The translations under genes and the position numbers were made by a program. Positions 9,948-20,132 of a DNA stretch of 57,250 nucleotides are shown here, one piece after another. The stretch comes from an uncultured virus (IMG/VR IMGVR_UViG_3300037488_003672). Taxonomy: Duplodnaviria > Heunggongvirae > Uroviricota > Caudoviricetes. The stretch lies in IMG/VR virus record IMGVR_UViG_3300037488_003672, one strand, 5' to 3'. Position 1 is the first letter of the stretch. Each line of letters opens with the position of its first letter. The notes below the pieces were generated by a model. It worked only from the letters and a program-made list of their open reading frames with translations, did no database searches and had not been told where the DNA came from.

Positions 9948-10280
9948 TTAATCTCTTTGTAATAATGCTAAATCGGTTGCAATACCTCGTAATTCTGCTC
10001 TGACTGGCGATTGATAGGGAAGTTTTGATCGTTTTTCATATATTGAAATCAATTTAATTAGATGTGCTACTTCATGCGTATAATACCCCTTTAATCGTTT
10101 TAACTTATTCATTTGAGTTATCATGTCTTGCGTGGGATTTTCTACATCCAATTCAACCATTGGTTTGACAAGTTCGATTAATTTTGTGAAATATTCATCT
10201 AATTTCTTCTCTTTTTCTTCTTTTGACAATCTGCGTCTCTTTCGATCCGCCTTTATATTTGTAAAAATGAATTTCATCAT
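9948..10280 (-). CDS. Hypothetical protein
   Basis: 110-aa ORF, 3 nt from next gene. Confidence 0.65.
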   Translation of the reverse strand: MMKFIFTNIKADRKRRRLSKEEKEKKLDEYFTKLIELVKPMVELDVENPTQDMITQMNKLKRLKGYYTHEVAHLIKLISIYEKRSKLPYQSPVRAELRGIATDLALLQRD

Positions 10281-10415
10281 TCCAATATTGCTTTACTTTC
10301 ATTTAAAATTTCAGTTAAAATCTTCACATTCATGTTCCTTCACGTGAATTATTCTTTTTTTCAATATTTCAAATTCGAAAAATAGAAAAACCCACATTAG
10401 TTTAATATTCTTATT

Positions 10416-10661
10416 ATGAAATCGCTCGATACGTTTATTAACCAAATCGAAAAAGAAAAAAAAGACCATGAAGATCAAATTCGAAAAGAAAAGGAACGAA
10501 GAATCGTCTTGGATAAAAGAAAAAACGAACGGAAAAAACCGAAAAAAGCCAAAGTCTTAAAAGACATATCCAAATCCGAAAAAGACGAGAAAAAAGAGAT
10601 AATTGAAAATCGGTTTATTGAAAACGAAGGAAACAAGTTTTCGCATCAATTTTTTAGGTGA
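10416..10661 (+). CDS. Small charged protein
   Basis: 81 aa, K/E-rich; N-terminal MKSLDTFI is PIP-like. Confidence 0.5.
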   Translation: MKSLDTFINQIEKEKKDHEDQIRKEKERRIVLDKRKNERKKPKKAKVLKDISKSEKDEKKEIIENRFIENEGNKFSHQFFR

Positions 10662-11367
10662 GATCTTCAAATAACACACAATCCTTTTGATCTGCAAACA
10701 GATCACAGATTGCGAGCTTGAAAGGAGAACACTTACACGCATTAAATTTCTTATGGCGATCACATACATTATAATGACTTTCTATTCCTTTTTTATCAGT
10801 TAATCCAAAGGATGCCTTCGCTTCTCGATTGCAAACAAAACATTTCGCATTCGCTTTTGGTTGGCTATATACGTTTTTTTGATAATTCAAACAAACCGAA
10901 TTTTGAGCATGATTTAGTAATAGATTTTCCTTTTCACTTACACCATCTAACGCTACATCGTTTAGTGACGTGACGTACTCCGAACAAACCGTTTTCTTTT
11001 TCATATATTGACAAGGAGCTAAATGAAATGCAATAAAATCATTACTGCAACAAGAAAATTGAAAATTCTCTTTATCGATTTGACAAATCGGAATTATATT
11101 TGTCTCGAATAGTTTTTTCTCTTTACAAATCATTGACCAAATGGCTTTTCTCTCATCCACAATACAAGGAAGAAGCTCTTTGGCTTTGCTATATTTGGGA
11201 GTATATTGATAATGACAATTGAATTTGTCTAAAATATGCGATAAAGACAATGATAAAGACGCAATTTTTTCTTTCTGATCTTCATCCATTTTCACTTTTG
11301 ATACATCAAACAATGTTTTTGTTTGACTTTGAGTTTTTTTATTTGTTTGAGTCATAATTAATTTCAC
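10654..11367 (-). CDS. Cys-rich hypothetical protein
   Basis: Many Cys, including CFVC...VCDRH. Confidence 0.7.
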   Translation of the reverse strand: MKLIMTQTNKKTQSQTKTLFDVSKVKMDEDQKEKIASLSLSLSHILDKFNCHYQYTPKYSKAKELLPCIVDERKAIWSMICKEKKLFETNIIPICQIDKENFQFSCCSNDFIAFHLAPCQYMKKKTVCSEYVTSLNDVALDGVSEKENLLLNHAQNSVCLNYQKNVYSQPKANAKCFVCNREAKASFGLTDKKGIESHYNVCDRHKKFNACKCSPFKLAICDLFADQKDCVLFEDLT

Positions 11368-11567
11368 CTATATAAATCTATTAAAAAATCGGTCTCTGTT
11401 TGATCGTCAATTAAGGGGGGGATACATCCACGCTCAACTAATAAATATGAAAGCATGTTCATATCTAAATCAAATGATGTTGCTCTTTCGATTATTTCCT
11501 TCTCAGAAATTGATTTTCCATTTTTTAGCTCGGTCACAACTTCTGATACAAAAGAATCTTCATCCAT
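11364..11567 (-). CDS. Hypothetical protein
   Basis: 67 aa; 4-nt stop/start overlap with next gene; TATA about 29 nt upstream. Confidence 0.6.
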   Translation of the reverse strand: MDEDSFVSEVVTELKNGKSISEKEIIERATSFDLDMNMLSYLLVERGCIPPLIDDQTETDFLIDLYR

Positions 11568-11647
11568 ACTAATCCTAAGTTCTTTGACAATTTAAATCTT
11601 TTCAAATACTTAATAAATAAGATAATAAAAAATCACGTGAAAAAAGA

Positions 11648-12610
11648 TTATTCAATAGGAGTTTCTTTTTCAATTGTCATTGATGAAATAATATCTTTTT
11701 TTAGGCTCGTTGCTAAATTCTCTAAAACATCAATTCCAATTTCTTTCATAACCGTCATATTTTGAATTTTAACATTTCTTTTGCCTAATTTCTCAATATA
11801 TTTCAACGCCATCTTAGGATGTAAATACTCGATATTATAGGTTTGGCTCAGATCGTCTTCAACTATCTTCGCAATCACCTTATCACCTAATCTGGATTGC
11901 ATTGTATTCTTAAAATTATCAAAATCGGTAGCAAAAGCTGTCGGATCAAATTTTAAAGCGATCTCTGGGAAATTCAAATTCATCATATCGGAATACATTA
12001 CATTATTCGCATCTAATTGTGTAAAAGTAAAAGGTATATCAATTCCTTTCTCTTCTTTTAAATAATCGTTAAAACATTCATAAAAATAATCGGGAAATTT
12101 CTTCTTTGCTTCTTTTAAATATTCTGTACATTGGGAAAACTCAATGAAAATATATATTCTTGCTATTCCGATCTCTTCGGAATACGATAACAATTGGTGA
12201 ATTGCTGATTGATTGATTACTGCAATCTCGGTTAATTCTTTCGGATCAATGTCGATTGTTTCAATATGTATTTGAGAATAATTCGTCATTTTCATATATT
12301 CCAAATAGATCTTAATTTCATCAATAAGCGAATTTTCTACAAATTCATATAAATGATTCTCGGTCTTCGGATAGGTGATAAAGAATAACATTCTTAATGC
12401 ACAATCAAGATCGGCTGTGGGAATTGCATCTGAAGCAATTTCTTGAGTTGGCGTAAAATCCTTAACTACTTTTATTTGCTCTTCCACTACCTCAGTTGAA
12501 ACTTCGGTTATTGGTGAACTTGCTCTTATGATCTTTACATCGGACAAAGACAAAGTGCTTCTTAATCCCCCTTTCTTTTCTTTTTCATTATCTTGCATTA
12601 TATATTTCAT
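11648..12610 (-). CDS. Hypothetical protein
   Basis: Long ORF; ATG 12610 (MKYIMQ) preferred over TTG 12655. Confidence 0.75.
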   Translation of the reverse strand: MKYIMQDNEKEKKGGLRSTLSLSDVKIIRASSPITEVSTEVVEEQIKVVKDFTPTQEIASDAIPTADLDCALRMLFFITYPKTENHLYEFVENSLIDEIKIYLEYMKMTNYSQIHIETIDIDPKELTEIAVINQSAIHQLLSYSEEIGIARIYIFIEFSQCTEYLKEAKKKFPDYFYECFNDYLKEEKGIDIPFTFTQLDANNVMYSDMMNLNFPEIALKFDPTAFATDFDNFKNTMQSRLGDKVIAKIVEDDLSQTYNIEYLHPKMALKYIEKLGKRNVKIQNMTVMKEIGIDVLENLATSLKKDIISSMTIEKETPIE

Positions 12611-12699
12611 TTGAATACCATCTCGTTTATTAATTACTATTGGCATTAAAAACAATATAAATATTTCTCACGTTGACTTTCAAAATAAGGTTAAAAAAA

Positions 12700-13215
12700 T
12701 TATATCGTAAATGAAACCGATTTCATGACCGAATCATTATTTGAATTGGTTAATCGAACATCAAAAACATTTGTATTCGATTCATTTAAATTCAATTGAC
12801 TCTCTAATGCTAAAGGTATTGTGATAAGAAAAGACGTATTATTCTGCAAATCAAACAAATTCCAACTATTTTCATTAATGCGATATTCTGCGATTAGAAT
12901 AGGAAAATCGGATTCAATATTCGATATTTCAATCGTTGTTCTATTCGCAATCATATTAAATGTAATTGGTTCCTCTGGGAATAAACTAAAATCAGTATTT
13001 TTAGCAACAAAATACCCTCCAAAAAACGAAATAGGAATTAATAAAAACAAAATACCAATACAAATCCGTTTTAGATTCTTTCGATGGTTCGAATTACCCT
13101 TTTTTTGAATGGTTTTTAATTTCATAAACCTTCCAGAGTTCGAATTTTCTGTTCGAATGGTTTTTAATCGGATAAACTTACCTTTTGGTGTATTATTATC
13201 TTCAAAAATACTCAT
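12700..13215 (-). CDS. Single-pass membrane protein with beta-rich extracellular domain
   Basis: Duplicated basic FxxLKTI segment, one TM helix, N-x-T/S sequons. Confidence 0.65.
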   Translation of the reverse strand: MSIFEDNNTPKGKFIRLKTIRTENSNSGRFMKLKTIQKKGNSNHRKNLKRICIGILFLLIPISFFGGYFVAKNTDFSLFPEEPITFNMIANRTTIEISNIESDFPILIAEYRINENSWNLFDLQNNTSFLITIPLALESQLNLNESNTNVFDVRLTNSNNDSVMKSVSFTI

Positions 13216-13250
13216 AACTTAGAATAGAATGAAAAAATATTAATAGTTTT

Positions 13251-13607
13251 TTATTTAATAAATTTTAGTTGAGTTATTAATTTCTGAGCGTCTTCTAACG
13301 TGGTTTTTGCGTTCCCTACGGTTTCAAACACAAGATCTAAATTTTTCTTTATTTCTTTCAACTCATCCGCATCTTTTGATTTTTTCAAGCTTTCAATGAG
13401 TATTTTCCGTTTTTTATCTTCTTCTGTGATTATTTCATTGTATGCGGGAATATATATTTCATTTAATAAAATATCTCCCTTCAGATTTAAAAAGGCTTGA
13501 AAGAAGAAGTCAATTAATTCTCGATACTCCTTATCGAGCATAGTTGCAATTTTGCGTATTAGATAATTGCTTTCGGAAGGAATGCCTAACCCGACACTAA
13601 AAGTCAT
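13251..13607 (-). CDS. Possible ribbon-helix-helix DNA-binding protein
   Basis: Strand SVGLGIP followed by two helices; pattern only. Confidence 0.4.
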   Translation of the reverse strand: MTFSVGLGIPSESNYLIRKIATMLDKEYRELIDFFFQAFLNLKGDILLNEIYIPAYNEIITEEDKKRKILIESLKKSKDADELKEIKKNLDLVFETVGNAKTTLEDAQKLITQLKFIK

Positions 13608-13897
13608 TACAAATCCCCCTTTTTAAATATATCCAATAGACTCTTTTTTTGCTCTGATAACAACTTCAAATTTTGCTTTATCAATAACATTTCTTCGTCA
13701 TTATAAAAACCATTTGCATGACGTTCTTCTGACCATTTTGAGAAGTCCTTTGCATACAACTTACAAATTGCACTTACAAGATCTCCCACAAATTGATCAA
13801 CAGATGTTGGAATATCCTTCTTTTGCAATGCAATTAGTTTTTCTAAAAATCGCCAGTGAACTTCCATAGGCGAAATCGATATATGTTCCATTTCCAT
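13607..13897 (-). CDS. Possible ribbon-helix-helix DNA-binding protein
   Basis: Strand HISISP, helix, TSVDQFV turn; coupled to next gene; C-terminal QKKSLLDIF. Confidence 0.4.
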   Translation of the reverse strand: MEMEHISISPMEVHWRFLEKLIALQKKDIPTSVDQFVGDLVSAICKLYAKDFSKWSEERHANGFYNDEEMLLIKQNLKLLSEQKKSLLDIFKKGDL

Positions 13898-13986
13898 TTT
13901 TTATCACTTTTTATATGTAAAGCCAACTATTAATACTTATCTCATTTTGATAACAATAAAAAATATAAAATTCACGTGAAAATTAA

Positions 13987-14373
13987 TTAAACAATAATAA
14001 AATCTTTTCTTCTTTTCTTTACATTCTTTCCCAAACCTAAAGCTTTCGCAACCTTTTTTACATGCGTATGCACTTGATCCGCATCTAAATTTTGCTTTAT
14101 TTGCATTCCGTCTTGTAAATGGAAAAATAGGTTGTTAAATTTGACTTCAGCTAAACTAAATTTAATCGTTCCATCTCCCCGACAGATACTAAAACAATGG
14201 ATCATTGGGATTCCATCAAAAACCGATGTAGTTTGATGAGAAATAGGAGTATGTCTTTCTTGAATAATTAAATCTGTATATTCTCCATCATTTTTAATCA
14301 TATTCTTAACATTTACAAGAGCATCGTGAAATTCTCGATAATCTAATTTCTTCTCTGTTTTATTTTTCATCAA
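13987..14373 (-). CDS. Hypothetical protein
   Basis: 128-aa ORF directly downstream of the recombinase. Confidence 0.65.
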   Translation of the reverse strand: MMKNKTEKKLDYREFHDALVNVKNMIKNDGEYTDLIIQERHTPISHQTTSVFDGIPMIHCFSICRGDGTIKFSLAEVKFNNLFFHLQDGMQIKQNLDADQVHTHVKKVAKALGLGKNVKKRRKDFIIV

Positions 14374-14402
14374 TATCTTATTGATTTATAGATTAAAAAA
14401 TA

Positions 14403-15512
14403 TTAGCTCTTTTTCTCATCCGAAAAATTAAAATTAAATGGTTTCTTTTCGTGCATTTTGGCTTGGAGAATATCGGAGTTCGCATGAAGATATATTTCAG
14501 TTGTAGTGATTTTTGTATGTCCTAATAACTCCTTTATCATAAAAATATCAATATTCTCTCGAACCAATTTACTCGCAAAACTATGGCGTAATTTGTGGGG
14601 AGTTAAATGTTTTTCAATTTGAAAAAGTTCTCGATATTTTTTAACTCTGCGTTGAATATCTCTCGTTGAAAGCCTATCGCCATTTCGATTATTAAATAAA
14701 CTCCGATTCTTCAAAATTTGTTCTCTTCTTTCTTCAAATTCAGCATAATCTTTATTCTTATGCTTTAATTGGTCTATTTTATTGGATAATTCGGAGATTA
14801 AATGATCTAATCGTTTTTTTCGTTCTTCAAGAAATTTCTCATAAATTCGCATAAATAAAACATCATGGGTTGGAATATAGGATGTTCGCAATTTACTTCC
14901 TTTGCCTAAAATACGAACTTCTCCCGTTTTTATATCAATCGCATCAATATTTAACTCCGATTGTTCACTGACTCTCAATCCCGTTGATAATGGTAATAAC
15001 ATAATTAAGACTTCTTGGTAATAATCAACTCGATCATTATCAATTTTAGACGTTAAATCACGTACTAAATTCATTATTTCCGTATCGGTTAAGAATACCA
15101 CATTCTTTGTGGTTATCGGAGGCATTCTGATATTTTGTGTGGGATTTTCAGTTAAGATTTTTTCTTCAATTAAAAATTCATAATACGAGCTTAAAACCGA
15201 AAAATAATTTATGATTGATTTGGGTTCATAAGGTAAATCCCCATTCTTTTCCTTCACGTGAAAAACCAAATCTTTTCGTGGCATAGTTTGCATTTCATTT
15301 CGGATTAATCGTAATTGAATTTTCGTGAGGGATTTTACGTCAGTTTGAAATTTTGTGTTTGCAATTATTTTCCAAAAGTGAAATAGAACAAAATGGTATT
15401 TCTCTTTAGTAATATGCTTATTACTTTTCGTTGAAGAATCAATTTCCAATAAAAAACTTTTCATTAATTCGTCATCTGCATTATTCGCAACCATCTTCGC
15501 ATCTAAACTCAT
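14403..15512 (-). CDS. Tyrosine recombinase/integrase, XerC/XerD(XerA)-like
   Basis: STGLRVSE (R), GKGSKLR (K), TPHKLRHSFAS (HxxR), LLGH, TEIY (catalytic Y). Confidence 0.95.
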   Translation of the reverse strand: MSLDAKMVANNADDELMKSFLLEIDSSTKSNKHITKEKYHFVLFHFWKIIANTKFQTDVKSLTKIQLRLIRNEMQTMPRKDLVFHVKEKNGDLPYEPKSIINYFSVLSSYYEFLIEEKILTENPTQNIRMPPITTKNVVFLTDTEIMNLVRDLTSKIDNDRVDYYQEVLIMLLPLSTGLRVSEQSELNIDAIDIKTGEVRILGKGSKLRTSYIPTHDVLFMRIYEKFLEERKKRLDHLISELSNKIDQLKHKNKDYAEFEERREQILKNRSLFNNRNGDRLSTRDIQRRVKKYRELFQIEKHLTPHKLRHSFASKLVRENIDIFMIKELLGHTKITTTEIYLHANSDILQAKMHEKKPFNFNFSDEKKS

Positions 15513-15675
15513 ATGATAAATATATATTCAACGAAATATATAATTTTAGTATGAAAGCGATAAAATTTGATGAATCGATGTTTCTAAAAATAAACGACAT
15601 TGTCTTAATTGTTCATAAAAACACAATCAAATTTTTCATCCTTTGAAGAAATCATCGAATTTTTCATCTGAAGAG

Positions 15676-16434
15676 ATGTCTATTCGAGAGTATGAACCCG
15701 ATTTTATCGATATTAAAGTATATGCAGATCAAAATCAAAATATGACGATTAAGTTCCTTCCAAGAGGGTATCCTAAATATAATAGTAGTTTTTCTTTTTC
15801 CATTGAAGAACTTTCAAGAGAACTTTCAACCAAGCGATCAAAAAAACTTGAACCCAGAGTTATTACTTTCTTTAAAGCTTGCCATCAAATATTAGGATTA
15901 TTATCGAGACAAGGTGATATAGAAGACAGAATTAAAGATCCGAAATATAAATTAGGCTTAGATTTACTGAATAAAGAAATGAGTCAATTTACCGAATTAA
16001 AAGATTTTCTCTATCCAAAATTCGATTGTGAAATGATTTCTTCTTTAGAAATCATAGACGACACCACATTCGAAATACATAATTGGAATGCTGTATATCA
16101 TAAAGAAATGGATCAAGCATTGTTAGTTATTGGAATGCGAATGGAAAATAATATTGAACAAATTTATGTACTGACTGACGAAGAAGATCATAAATTCTAC
16201 GCAATTTCTTGTACAAAAGACAGAATTAGATCTTATCCCATAGAATCAAAAAAGTGGGAGGGTGATAAAATATTATCGAAAAAAGAATGTATTACTTTTT
16301 TAAGCACAATGGATGGAGACAACAAAGGATTAGGAGAAAGACTCTATCAAAAAGCATTAGAATTTCAAAAAGAACTCGAAAAATGCGAACGAATAACAGA
16401 TAGAGAATTATATAAATTTTTTAATATAAAATAA
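15676..16434 (+). CDS. Hypothetical protein
   Basis: Long ORF divergent from the recombinase; ATG 15676 or TTG 15643. Confidence 0.7.
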   Translation: MSIREYEPDFIDIKVYADQNQNMTIKFLPRGYPKYNSSFSFSIEELSRELSTKRSKKLEPRVITFFKACHQILGLLSRQGDIEDRIKDPKYKLGLDLLNKEMSQFTELKDFLYPKFDCEMISSLEIIDDTTFEIHNWNAVYHKEMDQALLVIGMRMENNIEQIYVLTDEEDHKFYAISCTKDRIRSYPIESKKWEGDKILSKKECITFLSTMDGDNKGLGERLYQKALEFQKELEKCERITDRELYKFFNIK

Positions 16435-16443
16435 ATTTATCTT

Positions 16444-16499
16444 TTCACGTGAATATTTCTTTTTTTATTTCTTTTCATTTTAATCCTAACCTTTAATAA
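16444..16499 (+). promoter_or_regulatory. Palindrome + TATA module
   Basis: CACGTG 16446, TTTAATAA 16492 (46 nt), ATG 16521. Confidence 0.6.
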
Positions 16500-16520
16500 G
16501 TTTATGCTCTAATTAGACTT

Positions 16521-16991
16521 ATGAATAAAAAATCATTAGAAAAACAAATTGAAAAGCTGAAAGACGAATATATACCAAAAAAAGATTCAAACATCTTAGA
16601 GCAGAATATAGATGAAGATGTTATCATAATGACCGATATTGAAAAGAAAGAAAAATTATCTGTTCAAGCCCGATTAAATCTAAATCTGTTAAACAAATCT
16701 GCTCTTTCCATTACAAGAGAATGTCCTACTTGTCCTTCCTATAATAAAAAGGATAAAGTTTGTGAAGAAAAAACTCTCCCCAAATGTAGTTGTGAAAAAC
16801 CCGAACTCTTAGGGAAATATCGATCATTTGACGATATTGGGTTCTGTAAAAATTGCTATCATTTTATCATTCGATCCAAAGATCAAACGTGGAAGCATTA
16901 TAACCGACCTTATAACTGTCATTTTCCGTATTCAAGTGAAATCTGTGGACATTTAGATAATATCTTAGAAATGATCATATCCAATGATTAA
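16521..16991 (+). CDS. Cys/His-rich putative zinc-binding protein
   Basis: CPTC, CSC, CKNC, CGH motifs. Confidence 0.65.
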   Translation: MNKKSLEKQIEKLKDEYIPKKDSNILEQNIDEDVIIMTDIEKKEKLSVQARLNLNLLNKSALSITRECPTCPSYNKKDKVCEEKTLPKCSCEKPELLGKYRSFDDIGFCKNCYHFIIRSKDQTWKHYNRPYNCHFPYSSEICGHLDNILEMIISND

Positions 16992-17791
16992 AACTTTAAT
17001 TTTTTCACTAATTGCTTTTTTACTTCTTCTAAATCGTAAAATTTTTTTGCCACTTCTAACTTATTTAAAATAACATGCTCAAACGAGAGATCATAATCAT
17101 TTCTATTGCTATATTGTCCCAATAATTTCGATATTTCGTTGAGAATTTGTCGGATTGGATGAAACTTAGGCAATTTATCAAAATTTCCATGCGACAAATA
17201 TAATTGTTTGTCATGTATATAAGGATAAAAAACGGGAAATGTTGTTAATGGTAATTTTTGTCTATATATCATAGCAATACTCGGATCTTCTGCAATATGT
17301 GTTTCTTTATTCTTTTCTATCTCGCTTCTTCCTTCTAATTTTTGCATTCTCTCTTCCAATATTTTTTTTAAAGCTTCTCTAACTTGTATCTCAAAGGTTT
17401 CTTCTGCAAGTTCTCTCTCTCTCTTTTCCTTATCAATAATTTCTCTCTCAATTTCTCTCTGTTTTCTTTCTTCTTCTCTCTGTTTTCTTTCTTCTTCTTT
17501 CTTCTTTCTATATGCTATGCGTAAATCAACAATCAATTTCTCTTTTTCGGCAATGACTTCTTCTCTCTCTTTCTTAACTCTCTCTGCAAAGACTTCTTCT
17601 CGTCTTTTCTTATACAATAGTGCAATTTCTTCATCTAATTCTTGTTTCGATTGATTATTTTCAATTGTCCATAATTTTCCTATTTCTTCTCTCCTCTCTT
17701 TGTTTCTTGCTCGAAATAACTTCCTTAGAGATTTTCTAATTTGTTGATCCTTTTTTACATCATTTAAACTATTTTGGTCTATTAAGCTCAA
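16988..17791 (-). CDS. Coiled-coil, highly charged protein
   Basis: E/K/R-rich helix; 21-bp duplication EERKQRE x2. Confidence 0.7.
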   Translation of the reverse strand: MSLIDQNSLNDVKKDQQIRKSLRKLFRARNKERREEIGKLWTIENNQSKQELDEEIALLYKKRREEVFAERVKKEREEVIAEKEKLIVDLRIAYRKKKEEERKQREEERKQREIEREIIDKEKRERELAEETFEIQVREALKKILEERMQKLEGRSEIEKNKETHIAEDPSIAMIYRQKLPLTTFPVFYPYIHDKQLYLSHGNFDKLPKFHPIRQILNEISKLLGQYSNRNDYDLSFEHVILNKLEVAKKFYDLEEVKKQLVKKLKF

Positions 17792-17807
17792 TTTTTATGA
17801 TCATCAA

Positions 17808-18428
17808 CTATATTTTTAATTCTCTAATTAGGTCTAATTTTAAATTATTCATATCAATAAAAATCAAGAACTGCGAGATTGAAAAATATTTATGGGTTTT
17901 AACCTTATTCGATTTTTTATTCCCTTCAAAAACAGTAATCAATTTATCAATAAACTGAATCATATAATACGTTTTGGGAAGATCTAACGTTATCTCTGAC
18001 AAATTCAGTCCCTTAATTTTATTTTGCAATTCATCCATTGTGTACCGTTTTGCTGAAGTTGGGGAAGGCTGAACTATCTGCTGAACTATTTCTTTCTCTT
18101 TAGGAAGATCTTTAGGTATTATTGGTTCGATTTTTTTTGAAAGAACCTTCGCTTCTTTTTGAATTGCCTTATTTGGAGTTATTTCATTCCATTTTTGCAC
18201 ATTGGTCATAATATGACTAATTTCATCAGCTTTAAAATAAGGTTTTAAAATACTTTCCAATTCAAAATGAGGAAGACTTCGAAAAGATCGAAGTGCATTG
18301 TCAGCAAAAGTAGTAAAATCACAAGAAACCATTTGTTTTTCTTCTCGTTTTATGGTTATCTGAACTTCTTTCAATGTTAAGACATATTCTTTTTTTGAGA
18401 ATATTTCTTCAAAACTTAATTTTTCCAT
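17808..18428 (-). CDS. Hypothetical protein
   Basis: 206-aa ORF with TATA 29 nt upstream. Confidence 0.7.
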   Translation of the reverse strand: MEKLSFEEIFSKKEYVLTLKEVQITIKREEKQMVSCDFTTFADNALRSFRSLPHFELESILKPYFKADEISHIMTNVQKWNEITPNKAIQKEAKVLSKKIEPIIPKDLPKEKEIVQQIVQPSPTSAKRYTMDELQNKIKGLNLSEITLDLPKTYYMIQFIDKLITVFEGNKKSNKVKTHKYFSISQFLIFIDMNNLKLDLIRELKI

Positions 18429-18449
18429 ATTCTATTTTATCTTTTCAAT

Positions 18450-18546
18450 TATTTAAATATAGCGATAAAATCAAACAAAAAAATAAACAAACCATAATTC
18501 ACGTGAATCAAGATATTCTCGAATTAAAAATATATGTATTTATAAT
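18450..18546. promoter_or_regulatory. Divergent promoter region with central palindrome
   Basis: CACGTG 18500-18505; minus-strand TTTAAATA begins 18457 (48 nt); plus-strand TTTATAAT 18539. Confidence 0.6.
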
Positions 18547-18567
18547 AAATGAAAGAAATTAATAAGT

Positions 18568-18933
18568 ATGACTAAGATTTTAGAAGGAAAACAAAAAGGA
18601 GTTTCATTCTTTATTAAGAATGAATATCTCGATAAAAGAACTTTTCTCGCAGAAACAAATCTTATTACGAACGATCTTGACATTCTAAGAAAAAATGAGC
18701 AAGATTTATCTTTGAATGAAATTGAAGAAGCGTTGAAAGAATCGGTGAATATACGATCCAAAGCACAATTATTTAAACAATTACTTTTAGAAATCCCCAA
18801 AGCATCTTTCTTGCGGAAATTCGGTCTAAAACTTCCCAATAAACTGATCTCGCTTCTAACGCTCTTTCCCAATGATTATTTGCTTTCTATCGAAAATATT
18901 CTCTTAGAACTGCAACGCAAAAAATTACAATAA
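18568..18933 (+). CDS. Hypothetical protein
   Basis: 121-aa ORF after TATA box. Confidence 0.65.
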   Translation: MTKILEGKQKGVSFFIKNEYLDKRTFLAETNLITNDLDILRKNEQDLSLNEIEEALKESVNIRSKAQLFKQLLLEIPKASFLRKFGLKLPNKLISLLTLFPNDYLLSIENILLELQRKKLQ

Positions 18934-18982
18934 ATTAAAATGGTCTCTATTCTTTTATTTTTCCTTCTTTCTCTTCTCCTAT

Positions 18983-19576
18983 ATGAAATTCAATATTAAA
19001 AAATTTGAAACTACAATAGATCTAATCTGCACTGAATTTCATTCTCAAAACAAAATCTCAATCATTAAAATGGATTGTGGTAAATTTCTTGAAATTATAC
19101 AATCTAATCAATGTCATCTCTTTAATTATAATCTCTATTGTCTTTGTATTATCTATTTACATCTAAAACCAAATGTTAAACAATTATTCCGAATTAACAT
19201 TCTCTTTCCCTACATTAAATTAAAAAAAGATCCTACTTTTCATCACATATCCCAATGTTTCAAAAAAATCGAAGAAACACTACATCTTCACAATTATTCT
19301 TATTCGTTCTCGGATTATCTCGAAATTTATCATAACGAATACAATCTCTTAAATAAATCATATCCCGTTCTTAGAAATGAAATCGAAAAAATGCCTTTTG
19401 AGCCAAAAATTCAATTTGTCATATATTTTGATTTGATCTGTCGCATGAATTATGTTATTGAAAGAGTATCCTTAAAAAAAATATGCGAAGAATTATCGAT
19501 CCCTATGTTGAAAATAAAGAAAATTGTTCGAAATTTCTTAAACGATCAAAAAAATATCCTTTTTCATGTTAATTAA
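18983..19576 (+). CDS. Divergent TFB/TFIIB-like cyclin-repeat protein lacking the Zn ribbon
   Basis: CIIYLHLK...ISQCFKKIEETLHL...SDYLEIY...LICR...VSLKKICEELSIPMLKIKKIVRNF follows the two-cyclin-repeat/HTH layout of TFB. Confidence 0.5.
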   Translation: MKFNIKKFETTIDLICTEFHSQNKISIIKMDCGKFLEIIQSNQCHLFNYNLYCLCIIYLHLKPNVKQLFRINILFPYIKLKKDPTFHHISQCFKKIEETLHLHNYSYSFSDYLEIYHNEYNLLNKSYPVLRNEIEKMPFEPKIQFVIYFDLICRMNYVIERVSLKKICEELSIPMLKIKKIVRNFLNDQKNILFHVN

Positions 19577-20021
19577 CAAATTGGTTCAATATTGGTTCAA
19601 TCTGTCGAGAAATTTCATCATATTCAAATGAATTTGTGTCTTCATAATTATCTAACAAATGAAGATTATGGATTTTATCCAAAATATCCAAGACAATTGA
19701 ATCTTGTATTTGAAATGAATAATCGGTTAAATTTCGTTTAGTTATTGGATAACCAAGAACAGCAATGAAATGAAAAACAACGTTTAAATTATTTTTATAT
19801 TCAAATTTTTTAAATTGAATAATTTGGCTTTTTAAAATTATTTCTCGAACTTCCGACTTAAACACATCATGACTAAAAGCTTGAATTGCTGAAATAATCA
19901 TGCCGACCAAATCAATGTCTAACGAAAATTTGAATTTTGATGAGATAATCTGAAAAAAGGTAATTCCATTCTCCGAAATGATTTGAAAAAAATCTAAAGA
20001 ATGTAAGTTCTCAATTGACAT
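19569..20021 (-). CDS. Longin/roadblock-like domain protein (Asgard-type)
   Basis: FQIISENGITFF...LVGMIISAIQAFSHDVF..EVREIIL...IQFKK matches the pattern of Asgard longin-like proteins. Confidence 0.55.
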   Translation of the reverse strand: MSIENLHSLDFFQIISENGITFFQIISSKFKFSLDIDLVGMIISAIQAFSHDVFKSEVREIILKSQIIQFKKFEYKNNLNVVFHFIAVLGYPITKRNLTDYSFQIQDSIVLDILDKIHNLHLLDNYEDTNSFEYDEISRQIEPILNQFVN

Positions 20022-20048
20022 AATTATTATTAGTTCTCGTTTCAAATA

Positions 20049-20078
20049 AAGATTAAGAAGATTAAGAAGATTAAGAAG
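20049..20078. repeat. Intergenic 9-bp tandem repeat (AAGATTAAG x3)
   Basis: Direct reading. Confidence 0.85.
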
Positions 20079-20132
20079 AAAAAGATTTATTATTGTAAAA
20101 AGTTAAATCTCACATGATAAAGGAAAAATTCG

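Noticed and set aside
14403..15512. Integron with attC cassettes
   Set aside because: No IntI-specific insertion recognised, no RYYYAAC...GTTRRRY hairpins, and genes lie in both orientations with their own promoters
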